Source: Octopus sinensis
Taxonomy: Eukaryota
Assembly (NCBI RefSeq): GCF_006345805.1
Contig: NC_043005.1
Span: forward strand, 124,001-188,000
DNA: 64,000 bases
Direction: 5' to 3'
Shown here: positions 51,897 through 64,000 of the stretch, one piece after another
Numbering within the stretch: the first letter of the stretch is position 1
Layout of the letters: each line of letters begins with the position of its first letter
Position numbers and translations under genes: made by a program
Notes under the pieces: generated by a model
Databases searched by the model: none
Told to the model about the DNA's origin: nothing
The model's input: only the letters and a program-made list of their open reading frames with translations

Positions 51897-52460
51897 CTCA
51901 GGACGCTGGTGACTTTTAAAACATCGAAATTGTTGTTACCTCTTAGGCAGGGCATCTACGATATGCCTTCTCGGTTCTGGGTGCCTGATACACAAACAAT
52001 GAAACAAATAAAAAAAGGAATTAACCTATCAATTCATTCGTTATTGAATAGTTTTCTGGAAAATAATATATTAGCTTTCAAGTTTTGAGTTTGATATCGA
52101 CTGAAGGGACACATTGTAAATAAGTCTATAAAGTGTGTGTGTGTGTTGTGGTGGTGTGTGGTGTGTGGTGTGTGTGTGTGTGGTGTGTGTTGTTGTGTGT
52201 GTGTGTGTGGGTGTTGAATTAAATTAAACCAATCGGTGAAAATTATACAACACCCAAGTGACAAAAACCCCTCATCAGGTGTCTATCTACAGATCCTGCA
52301 GATTTCAGTACCCTTAGAACAGACCCACTAGTTTCTTCAACTATTTATCAGTGATGGTTGACAAGAATTGATGATAAATGAGAAATGTGACAGACACTCT
52401 GATGGAAATATAATCTTGGGTCTTAGTAACTGGAAAACGAGAACAAAACATTAGTCTTTT

Positions 52461-52497
<37 letters not shown>

Positions 52498-52626
52498 TAT
52501 ATATTATATATTATATGAGTATATATTCTATATATAATATATAATACTAAGATAATACTGCAATATAACAGAACACATGAGCACGATGAACGAAGGAGAT
52601 ATAGCAATGAGGTACAGAAGTGACGG

Positions 52627-52909
52627 TGTGGGATGACGTCAGCAGCTGGGGGAGCTGACCGGAACTTAGGGCTGACTGGAAGAGGAAGGGGTAGGAGTGA
52701 CGCGCGCGCAGGCAGGGCAGCATTGGGCCTTTTCGATCGAGGAACCGAGCGAGTCGGACGTGTGAGCTCGTTGTCAAGGTAGAGAAAAGCAGCTGCTATT
52801 TCTAGTGTTTCGGGTCGGGCCGCGTGGAAGGGTGCATTACCACTGGAGAGGTCTCCGTCGACGAAGAGAAGGTAGGTGTCCTTATTTCAAATCTCCCGCA
52901 TACGCCACA
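52627..52909 (+). repeat. 5' LTR
   Basis: TGTGGGATGACGTCAGC...GCATACGCCACA. Confidence 0.88.
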
Positions 52910-53149
52910 AGCAATTTCGGCACTCCATATATGACGTCACCACGATGGCAGTGAAAATCAGGATCACCAGCGACATTATCAGACTCTTTAATGGTGAGGG
53001 CGATGTAGTGGCCTGGGTTCGTAAAATCAGGCTGGTGGCGAGACGTTACGAGCGTGGAGACAGTCGACCAAGGCAGCAACGATTGTCGACTTGAAATCGG
53101 CATACTTGCAACTCCATGTGAGCGACAAACTGTGGTGATATGAGCTGGT

Positions 53150-54790
53150 GCGGTACAAGAGCTGGACGTACTGTTTAACCAAGCTGGGTTTCGGACTGAA
53201 CTCCTCTCCGAAGATCATGGCGGCGGTGCTTAAGTCTGTCCTAGGGAAAGAGGACAAGATTAGAAAGGCCACCAGTTCTTACATAATTACGAGGTAGTTA
53301 GACATCTGGAGAAGTTCGGACTGATTGCGAAGCCACCGGAGTCGATGGAAGGGGGAGCGCACAGCGTGCAGTTACACCAAGAGACGAGTGGAGGGGGAGA
53401 GTTGGGGCGACAAGGTGGGAGAAGGTGGCGATGATGCATGAAATCCTAGAGAGGCTGAGAGTGGAAGACCCGGTCAGGGGGAACTGGTATGTGCCCAAGA
53501 CGAAATGCGGGACCGTCTGGTGTGATGCTGGCAGTATAGCGATAGGGGTTGTGTTGGCGATCGAAGGTGCTGCGGTGGAGGACGCGGCCTGGCTTCAGAA
53601 AGTAGATGACTTCAACCACATCAATGTCAGCGAATTAGACGCGGTGCTGAAAGGGGTGAACTTGGCCCTGAAATGGGGGCTGCGCTCAATTGAAATCCGG
53701 ACGGATTCAGCCACTGTGCTTGGCTGGGTAGGATCGGTGATCACCGGTGAAAGGAGAGTTCGGACGAAAGGTGCCGCGGATATGTTGGTGAAGCGTCGTC
53801 TAGGAGTTCTAGGAGAATCGATTGCCGAGTTCGGACTGAAGCTGAACGTGGTTTTCATGCCTTCGGAGAAAAACAGGGCAGACGCACTGACCAGGGTGAA
53901 AAGGGCGTGGTTGGAGGAACCGGAGAAGGCACAGAAAGGGATAGCTGCGGCGTCTCGGTTGGATGACTCCGAACTGAAGAGACTGCACGGTATGCATCAC
54001 TTGGGTGTGGACGGGACTCTGTATCTCGTGAAGAAAATTGATGCTGTGGGCATGAACAGGGAAGCCTTTCGGTGGAGCACGAGGGAAGAAAAGGCTAGCT
54101 GTGGATGTGATGCACTACCGTCAGGGAATGTATCTCTCCATGGTCGACTGCGGGCCGGGCCGGCGGCCCATTTGGAGGGAGTTGAGATCGGCATTGCTGA
54201 CGAGATTGCGCAGATTTGAACGGGATATTTTAGAGAGAGGTCCCGTGGAAGAACTGCTAATGGACACGGGGCGGCGTTTCCTTCGGAAGCATTGAGGGAT
54301 ATGCTCGAACCGGTGGAAAGCGCGTCGCTTGTTCAGAGCAGCGTTTAGGCGAGCGGGAGCGGTAAGGAATCGTGAGAGGCACCATCGGACAGTCAAGGCC
54401 ATAGCGGAAAGAGGACACATTTCGCCGCTGGAAGCAGTTTTTTGGTACAATATGTCTCCCGATCGGAAAAGCTGAAGAATCTGTGCCGCACAGAGCTGTA
54501 TTTAAATATGAATGGAGGCACCCGAGTAAAGGCCGGAGGGCCACAAGGAAATGAAGGACCCGCTTGCGTGAAAATAGGGGAGGAAGTTTGGGTTAAGCCA
54601 CCGAAGGCGCGCTGTTCGTCTCAATGGAGCAGAGGAACGGTGACGGTGGTCAATTCCAGAAACACGTCTCCGTGGATGGAATGCCAGAACATGTCTTGGA
54701 CCTTCGCAGGATTGTCGCTTCGTCAGACGACGATTGTGGAGAGGGGGAGAACGAGGTGCCTAGCCTGAGAAGATCTCGACGCGCAAGGCG
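53150..54790 (+). pseudogene. pol remnant (RT fragment, RNase H, integrase), frameshifted
   Basis: ORFs 53425-54219, 54101-54295 and 54442-54768 plus manual translation. Confidence 0.85.
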
Positions 54791-54858
54791 CCATCCCGGT
54801 TGGATGGTGGACTACAACATGGAGTAGAGAGATTGTGATCTTTAAGATCAGGGTGGCG

Positions 54859-55114
54859 TGTGGGATGAAGTCAGCAGCTGGGGGCTGACCAGAAGAGGAA
54901 GGGGCAGGAGTGACGCGCGCGCAGGCAGGGCAGCATTGGGCCTTTCGATCGAGGAAGCCGAGCGAGTCGGACGTGTGAGCTCGTTGTCAAGGTAGGAGAA
55001 AAGCAGTGCTTTTAGTGTTCGGGTGGGCCGCGTGGAAGGGTGCATTCCACTGGGAGGTCTCCGTCGACGAGAGAAGGTAGGTGTCCTTATTTCAAATCTG
55101 CCGCATACGCCACA
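54859..55114 (+). repeat. 3' LTR
   Basis: TGTGGGATGAAGTCAGC...GCATACGCCACA, preceded by purine-rich AAGATCAGGGTGGCG. Confidence 0.88.
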
Positions 55115-56544
55115 GGTTTCTCTGGGAGAGGCAGACTGGACAGAGAAACAGGAAGAGATGGATGCTGGGAAGAGGTGGCAGTGTGCAAAGAGACGGAAAA
55201 GGTGACAGAGAAGAGAGAGAAAGAGAGAGAACAGAGGAAGGAAGAGAAAAGAACGAGGCAACAATAATTTAAACAGGATTGCGATATATCTATGTTCGTG
55301 TATATGTTTCTGGGTGTGTGTGCGCACCCGCTCGTGCTCACGTATGCTCAACTACCAAGGTCGTCTGGACACCTCCCAGTGTAGACGCGCACATTTAACT
55401 TTGGACTGCATCCAGAATCAAACCATTCACCGAATGGAGGAGACTTCACAAACCAATACTTCTCAAACTCTTTCCTTCCCAATATATTCTGTTGCTGCTG
55501 TTGCTGCTGCTGCTACTACTACTACTACTACTACTACTACTCCCCCCGCAGTCTTTGTTCCGCTTCATCACCTCCATTTGAATCCATACTATTCTCACAC
55601 AAACTCACTTTCCAGTCGTTCGTTTCGCCACGATAGCATCTTTCCTTCTTTATCATACCACATTATCACATGTTATCGCATATTAACAGATATTCTCCTA
55701 ATATCACATATTATTGTACATTGTTATAGATTAACACATTATTACTCGTTATTACACATTATCATATATATCACATATTTTTTTTATTATTTATTATCAC
55801 ATATTAACGGTGTCCTCAGCATCGATGGATAATTTGGAGGGTAACCATATTCGTCATATTGTAGGAAATCGACAGCAGCATGTGACACACTGCAGGTGAA
55901 GATGATTACGGACACAATCCATTTCAAGTCCTCCTTTGAAGACACGTGACCCTTACCATCTTTCATTGGTAAACCCTTTAACAGACAATAGAAGATATTT
56001 TATATACAACTGTATTTAACTATTTAATGATATTAGGAAAAGTCTACATAATCGCTCGATCTGCTAAAATTAACAGCCTAATCTATTCAAATCACACATT
56101 GCTGCAGTGTTTCTCAAAACTCTTTGACTTCAGAATAAACTTCGAAAAAAAAAAGGAATACTGATCCATTTCGCTTAGATTTTCTTTTTAAGTTGTAGAT
56201 TTTCAAGAAATAGAAAATTTTTTTTGTTAATCATACAAATTTATGAAATTTAACTAAATTCTGAGTAATAGGTTCTTCGAGACATTCATTAATTGTATAG
56301 ATTTTGTAAAGCATTGTATGGTATTTTTTAAAATGTGCAAACCAAAAATTGAAGATCTTAGCCACATTCTTTTCTTTCCTACCCCAGGCATAAGGCCCAC
56401 TTAGCCACATCATTGCCAGTTGTGAAAGTATGTCTTCTTGTTACTTTCTCCCTTTAAAAGAATTTATTCAATTTATTTCAACTTTTACTTAAGAACAATC
56501 GAAACCGACAACATAGTTTAATGAAAGTGTAAATATTTTCTTGA

Positions 56545-56760
56545 TTCTCTTTACTCTTTTATTTGTTTAAGTCATTTGACTGTGGCCATGCTGGAGCACC
56601 GCCTTTAGTCGAGCTAATCGACCCAATGACTTATTCTTTGTAAGCCTAGTACTTATTCTATCGTTCTCTTTGCCGAACCACTAAGTTACGGGGACGTAAA
56701 CACACCAACATCGGTTGTCAAGCAATGTTGGGGGTGGGGGACAAACATAGACACACACAC
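56545..56760 (-). mobile_element. Cephalopod-type SINE, 3' half
   Basis: GACTGTGGCCATGCTGGAGCACCGCCTTTAGTCGAG...CTAAGTTACGGGGACGTAAACACACCAACATCGG. Confidence 0.82.
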
Positions 56761-56782
56761 ATAAATATATATATACATATAT

Positions 56783-58672
56783 ATCAGAACAGTCCTGATA
56801 TATTTTGTCATGTCTGTGGTTCATTTACCACCAAAGCCCAGCAACGTGCCATCACAAGTGAAATCAAGAAGATCTACCAGTTGTAATTTGGCTGCTCTCT
56901 CGGAGAACAAGATAAGAGTTGGGCCCCGCACATCATCAGCTCAGCTTGTTCAAATGGACCAAGGGATTGGCTAAATAAGAGGAAGAGAGCAATGCCATTT
57001 GCAATACCTATGATATGGAGAGAGCCAAAGGATCGTTTCATGGACTGTTATTTCTGCAACGTTAATGTATGTGGGTTTACTGTAAAGACCAAGCATAAGA
57101 TTGTGTATCCCAACTTGGAATCAGCAAGAACACCAGCAAGATGAAGATCTTCTTATTCCAATACCACCAGAAAATGGCCTTCAGGTGTTTGACGAAGGCG
57201 TATTTCCTGAAGAAAAAACTACTGCTGTGGAAGAGACCGAAGTGGATGCAGATTTCATGAGTGAAAATGAAGACGTAACACAGAAATGTTCTCAAGGAGA
57301 ATTAAATGATTTAGTTAGAGACTTGCCATTGTTGAAGGATAAAGTTGAACTTGGCTACAAGAAAAGTGTCTGCTTAAGAAAGATGTTTGTATTACTCATT
57401 TCAGGGTCTGACTTCATGCTTCTCTGTTGATGTTTCAGTAATAACAATGATGAGTTATTTCGCTGTTTGTTCCAAGAGCATGTTCCAGCTGAATGGCGCT
57501 TATTCATTGATTCATCTAAGAGAAGCCTCAAGGCAGTACTACTACACACTGGCAATAAGAAACCATCCATTCCCATAGGACATTCAGTGCACGTGAAGGA
57601 GTGTTATGAAAACATGCAAGTACTCCTCAATGCCATAAAGTATACAAACTACAGCTGGAAAATATGTGGAAACTTGAAGGTGATTGGAATGTTGATGGGA
57701 ATGCAATTTGGGTTCACCAAATATTGTTGCTTTTTATGCCTATGGGACAGTCGTGAAACTAACAAGCACTATGTGCAATCAGAGTGACCTTTGCGAAAAT
57801 CATATGAGAAGGGAGTCTCTAGCGTCCCGAGTAAGCCATTTTAAACCCAGAAAATGTTCTTCTCCCTCTTCACATAACGCTTCGCCTCATGAAACAATTC
57901 GTGAAGACACTTACCAGGAAAAGCTCAAAAGGTTTTGAATATGTGAAGGTTAAATTTCCAAAAATCCCCAAGGCAAAACTGAAGGAGGGCGTATCCATAG
58001 GTCCACAGATAAAAGAACTCCTGAAGGACAACCACTTCCTCACAGCACTGGATGAGATTAAGCTTAAAGCCTGGGAATCCTTCAAATGGCTCTGCGAAAA
58101 TTTCCCAGGCAACAAGAGATCTCTAGAGTTTAGAAATGGAGTGAAATGTCTTCTAGACTCCAACACTGCAATGGACTGTCGGATATCCATTTCCTTGATT
58201 CTGGACTTTTTTGCAGGGAACCTTGGAGCAGTGTTTGATGAGCTGGGGAACGCTTTCATCAAGATATTGCATCGATGGAACATCGATATCAAGGATTTTG
58301 GAATGCAGGAATGTTAGCTGACTACTGTTGGATGTTATACAGGGATGAACCAGAGACAAAACAACATAGAAAGTCCAAATCCCAAAGATTTTAAGTTGTT
58401 ATGCATTTGAGTGTATTCTAAATTATTTTTACACAATAATTTTAATTTTGTACAATAAAAATCCATGAAATCATCGTATCTTGTATTCAATATACTTTAT
58501 ATAGACATGCTTTACGTATCCTATAAGTTAAAACAGCAGGCATCATTAACATGAAAATGTGACCTGACAGAGGAAATCGGACTTCAGATTCGTAACCAGT
58601 ATCAAAATTTAACCCAGAAAAGTTAATCAGCAACTCTGATGATTAAAAAAGGTTTCATTTTGTTGACCAGTG
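56783..58672 (+). mobile_element. DNA transposon remnant, DDE transposase of Chapaev3/CMC type (family assignment from recall)
   Basis: FCHVCG, QDKSWAPH, PMIWREP, ELNDLVRDL, WRLFIDSSKRSLKAVLLH, CCFLCLWDSR, MKQFVK, GPQIKELL, DYCW. Many stops. The right end reads as a CACTGGTCAACAAAATGAAACC TIR on the minus strand. Confidence 0.75.
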
Positions 58673-59080
58673 TATTCTAGATAGTTGCTTGGCTAACCAG
58701 AAACAGCAGTCAAATCTCCTTCTAATCGCACACTTACGCTTCAATCTTAATGAATCTCTCCACCAATTTTGTCCTATTCGTCTTTATAATTTGATTCATA
58801 TCCAAAATGTTTTATAGAGATTCTAATTCGCACCAACACCAACAACAAGTAGTTGACGACTATATTGTGTAATCCACTCCTAAGATAATTAAAAGTTAAG
58901 GTGGCCTCCATAGGATTTGAATTCAGATCATTAAGGACCAAAAATAAAAAATAAAAACACCAAGGTATATTTTCTGTTATTCTAATGATTTTACAATCCA
59001 CTGTAAAAAGAAAAGCAAAAAACAAAAGAAAAAGTATTTAAAAAATGAAACTAAAGAGCCATTACGGGACTAAGCAACGT

Positions 59081-59935
<855 letters not shown>

Positions 59936-60212
59936 GATTTTACTTTGTATAGAATTATGAACAGGAAATACCTTCAATCCACCTCTGCTTGGCACGGACA
60001 TATTTTCTACCCAATCCTGCAACTCTCCGTCCCCATCAACATCTTCATCCTTTTCTGAAATTATAAATAAATGGGGAATACGATTGTTAGTCGCAGTCAG
60101 TTGCAGGAGAGAACTGACACGTTCCTCTCAACTCCTCAGGTGTATGAAGCAGTTGGCCTCCTACAAAAATTTCTCAGTCAATTCCCGATTCTTTCCACAC
60201 ATTTTTGGAGGT

Positions 60213-60290
<78 letters not shown>

Positions 60291-61302
60291 TAATGAATTT
60301 AAAGCAGCACTAGTGTTGTGAATATTATCGACCGCACATACTCAATGGATGTGTTTTGCTTGTTCACTGGTACGCTCTGACATAGCGCTGTGGGGACGAC
60401 TCCCTCTTAACACTGAGTGAAAACCACTGAAAGTCATAGACAGGCGAGACAACTCGTCCCCCGATCGCATTCAGGAGCGATGGCTACTGATATTTCGCCA
60501 TTTCTGTAGTTTATCAATATAACGGACCCGAATTGAACCAGGGACAAGAAATATGAGTGGACAGATGAAAGAAAGAAGCACTCAACGCGGCTGGTTGGAG
60601 TTGTATGTATTTTATAACATTTACACTCAGCTCTACATCACTTACAATTTGTGATTGTAAAACACGTGCACATCCTGAGATGTTCGGAGGCAGAGTAGGA
60701 GAATTTTTAAAAGATTTAGAAAACTTCGAGGTGAGATTGTTTAGGCTTCCGTTGGCCTGTCACCTTAGAAAAAATTGGTGAAAGCAATGTTTTCGTCATA
60801 GACGTCAGCAAATCTTTGGACCGTGTCTAGTATGCAGAATCCTCTCGCCTAAGATTTCCACCAGTCTCTCATCTCTTGGATCGGTAGTTTTCTATCAGAT
60901 CACATTAATGTGAGGGACGAAACCGGATATGGATGGGTACGGCTTTGACTTGTCTGGGTGAGTAACCGTACCGTTTAAGTAATTTGACCGTGTGCTGGAC
61001 CTGATTCTGTGACTGCACACCCGTTAGAGATTGAAGAATTTGGGAGAAGCGAATGAGATGTTGGGAGTTGATAATAAGGTATGATGAGGCAAAGACCAAG
61101 AGAGAGGAAACAGTAAAATTAAAGAGAGCAGAAGAACTGAGGATGGAGTGTGTGTGTGTAGGGGGGGAGTAGATGGAGAGAGAGAGAGAAAGAGAGAGAG
61201 AGAGCTGTTCAGGAGCTTAGAGATTTCAGAGATAACAGAGTGAATTCGAGAGAGTTAAGTAAGGAGAAAAGAGGACAAAAGAAACAAAGGAATCGAGTTG
61301 TA

Positions 61303-61338
<36 letters not shown>

Positions 61339-61898
61339 ATGGCAACGAGCTATTGTAACTAAATTTCTGGTATTTCTTTTGTCCAATACTGTGTTGACTC
61401 CTCATCTCCCATCCATTTCTATTTATATCTTATAAATAAGATGAATGAATAATCGAATATAATTACCATAGTGGCGATCTATATAGCTGGACACGTACTT
61501 ATATACACAGTCGTACAATAAAAGCGAATCATCTCTGAAATAGTATTTGGGCAAAACTTTCGGATCGTCAACCTGAAATATGAAAGCAAAGAGTGATATC
61601 TTCATAGATAAAACGTGCCAGACAAATGTTTTCTTTTTATGCTTCATTAACCTTGCTGAGGAATTGTTTATTAATAATGAAACCTCATGCCAAGTTGCCT
61701 AAGAGACTGACTGCGTCTTGCTTTCACGTAGAACGAAATCCTTTATGAATATGTATTTGTGTATTCATTGAGTTTGCAAGCGTTGAGTGTATGGAATAAC
61801 GTTTCATGTACCCCAGGATAGATGTGCATATGATATATAACTTACGTATTACAACCCAGAAATATATGTGTATGTGCTTATATCATATGTACGAAAAT

Positions 61899-62260
61899 AC
61901 TGGAGTCAGCTGAAGAGTTCATAGACTGATCAAGATGGTCTCATGGAATGTGACCAAATGAGGTGTATTTTTCAAGATGTCCTCCTTGCAGTCTACACAC
62001 TTCTTCCATCGGCGTTGCAGTGCTTGGATCTTATTGGTTGAGAAGCTTTCATCCGACTGGTAAAAAAAATGTCATCAACAGCAGATATGATGTCATCAAC
62101 GTTGCGTTACTGGTTCCGAGGCAAGTGTTTTATCAGATGAAAGTCAGATGGGATCCAAATCATAGAATGAGGATGGAGAGAGTGATCAATCAGTTCAAAG
62201 CCACAATGACGCATAGCAACCATTGAAACCAAAGACTTGTCTTGATGACCACTTTCACCA
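61899..62260 (-). mobile_element. mariner transposon 3' remnant
   Basis: Minus strand reads CGFELIDH...SDFHL...IQALQRRWKKCVDCK, followed by TIR-like CTATGAACTCTTCAGCTGACTCC. Confidence 0.8.
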
Positions 62261-62298
62261 AACCAAAATAATAATAATTATTACTCATTTACGAAGAC

Positions 62299-62515
62299 GA
62301 CGAACTGGCAGACTCGTTAGCACGTCGGGCGAAATGCTTAGCAGTATTCCGTCCGTATTCATGTTCTGAGTTCAAATTCTGCCGAGATCGACTTTGCCTT
62401 TCATCCTTTCGGGGTCGATAAATTAAGCACCAGTGAAACACTGGGGTCGATATAATCGACTAGTCTCCTCCCCCAAAATTTCAGACCATATGTCTATAGT
62501 AGAACGGATTATTTT
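62299..62515 (+). mobile_element. tRNA-derived SINE with Nin-like domain
   Basis: GAACTGGCAGACTCGTTAGCACG...GAGTTCAAATTC...ATCGACTTTGCCTTTCATCCTTTCGGGGTCGATAAATTAAGCACCAG. Confidence 0.85.
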
Positions 62516-62601
62516 GGGAAGATTGATTTAATTGAAGCTAATGAAACAATTGCAAGCTAAACAATAAACGGCGTTTGATAACTTTTTCTTTGATGTTCTT
62601 T

Positions 62602-62647
<46 letters not shown>

Positions 62648-62769
62648 TATGCTGGTGTTTTGTGGACTTTCGGATTGCTAGTGTAACGTGCTCCAGAGGA
62701 ATATCTCCACTTTTCAACTTCCATACAGCCACCATTAATACAAGTTCTTCATGAGGAAAATGCCGGGAT

Positions 62770-63689
62770 CACACAGCGACATATAAATAAGAATACAAAG
62801 CTGGCTCTTTACAAATCATTTGTCTTACTGTCCCTGTTGTATTCTTGTGAAACATGGACTTGTTATAAAAGGCATTTTAAACTGTTAGAACAATTCCACC
62901 AGAAATGCCTTCATTGCATTTTAAAAATTAAATGGAGTTCTTTTACTCCAAACACAGATGTTCTTGTTTCTGCAGGCATCACCCCAATTAAAGCTATGAT
63001 TTTGAGGAACCAACTGAAATGGTGTGGCCATATTGTTCAATGAAAGATGAACGCATGCCGAAACAGTTGTTTTATGGTGAGCTTGCAGAGGGGAAACGCT
63101 ATCGACATAAAGCTAAAAAAAAGGACTACTATGAAGTCACTTGGAATGGTTCCAGAAGATATAGAAACCCTTGCTTCGGATCGAGTTGGATGGCGAACAA
63201 AGGTGTGGAGTGGAGTGAAAGCATTTGAAGAGGCCAGGATAACACAAGTAAGACTCAAAAGAGGTCCAAGGAAGAATGTTACGATCGAGACGGTGAATGA
63301 CAATGACCTTTTTGTTCTGCACAGTTTGTGACAGACCATGCCTTTCTTTTGCTGGGCCCAAATCTCATTTGCGGACCCATGAGAAACGAACCTCCACCAA
63401 CTATTCTGCCTATATGTCTGTGCACACCTTTTAATGCCGTGTATACCATAAAGTCTGCAAATCTAAATGAGGCCTTAAAAGACATTTGAAGATCCGCAAA
63501 GATTAGAACCTAACTGCAGCTCTTGGTGGTCCAAATCGGATGCGCAATCTGTGTGGCTGTCTTTTCAAAACATTGTCTGGCTTAAAAGGCAACATCAGAT
63601 ACCATGATGGATCTAAGGTGTCCATACAGAAGGTGGCCAGACTCTGCATAAGGAGCAGAGAACCACCATGTATATACATATTTATAAAT

Positions 63690-63690
<1 letters not shown>
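62770..63690 (+). pseudogene. RTE/BovB-type LINE 3' fragment with C-terminal C2H2 fingers
   Basis: TKLALYKS, LYSCETW, EQFHQKCL..IL.IKW, QLKWCGH, ERMPKQLFYGEL, ASDRVGWR, then CTVCDRPC...SHLRTH and two more degenerate C2H2 motifs. Confidence 0.88.
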
Positions 63691-63741
<51 letters not shown>

Positions 63742-64000
63742 GCGCGCACACACACATACACACACACACACACACACATACACACATGTGTCTGTGTGTT
63801 TGTATGTATGTATGTATATATAAATACATATATGCATATACACACACATACACATATGTATATGTATAGTCTGAGTATCCTGTCGTTGCCGGATAATTTT
63901 CACAATAGAATGCCTTGGCGGACTTTCGGAATAGCATAAGATGGATTTTCTCTCTTTTCTAACATGTATTGATGTTTTTCAGTATTCTCCCCCCCCCCAC

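Larger units (their letters stand above)
52627..55114 (+). mobile_element. Internally deleted Ty3/Gypsy-like LTR retroelement (~2.5 kb)
   Basis: TG...CA direct repeats at 52627-52909 and 54859-55114. Gag start MAVKIRITSDIIRLFNGEGDVVAW; RT YCLTKLGFGLNSSPKIM; RNase H WCDAG...HINVSELDAV...TDS...NRADALTR; integrase HHLGVD, SMVDCGPG, ERHHRTVK. Confidence 0.9.

Noticed and set aside
52262-52300. CTGATGA on the minus strand as a possible second hammerhead
   Set aside because: No stem II followed by GAAA downstream.
61149-61480. Possible solo LTR (TG...ATTACCA followed by TAGTGGCG) with integrase-like sequence upstream
   Set aside because: No second LTR copy or TSD in the window, and the protein similarity is too weak to support by eye.

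Overview
Eukaryotic, repeat-saturated DNA. It is most likely octopus or another cephalopod, inferred from the SINE families and microsatellite types. I found no host-gene exon, rRNA, tRNA gene or CRISPR array. Positions ~600-43200 are a tandem array of a ~5.2-5.6 kb composite unit (SINE remnants, a hAT MITE and a decayed CR1-like LINE), with (TA)n tracts and a 67-bp module between units. Young CR1-type LINEs have inserted into those (TA)n tracts and nowhere else in the unit: one full-length copy with intact ORF1 and ORF2 (11586-16771), one full-length frameshifted copy (783-5412) and three 5'-truncated copies. ORF1 of both full-length LINEs, which are divergent families, has an N-terminal Myb/SANT-like domain and CCCH zinc finger(s). 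Together these suggest a (TA)n-targeting CR1 group. Also present: two Penelope-like fragments (one with a hammerhead ribozyme fold, one inside nested inverted repeats in an AT-rich island), an internally deleted LTR retroelement, Chapaev-like, mariner and RTE remnants, MITEs, and an 855-bp in-frame CAG/CAA array. Several segments show indel noise typical of long-read assembly, so frameshifts and some duplications may be artefacts.
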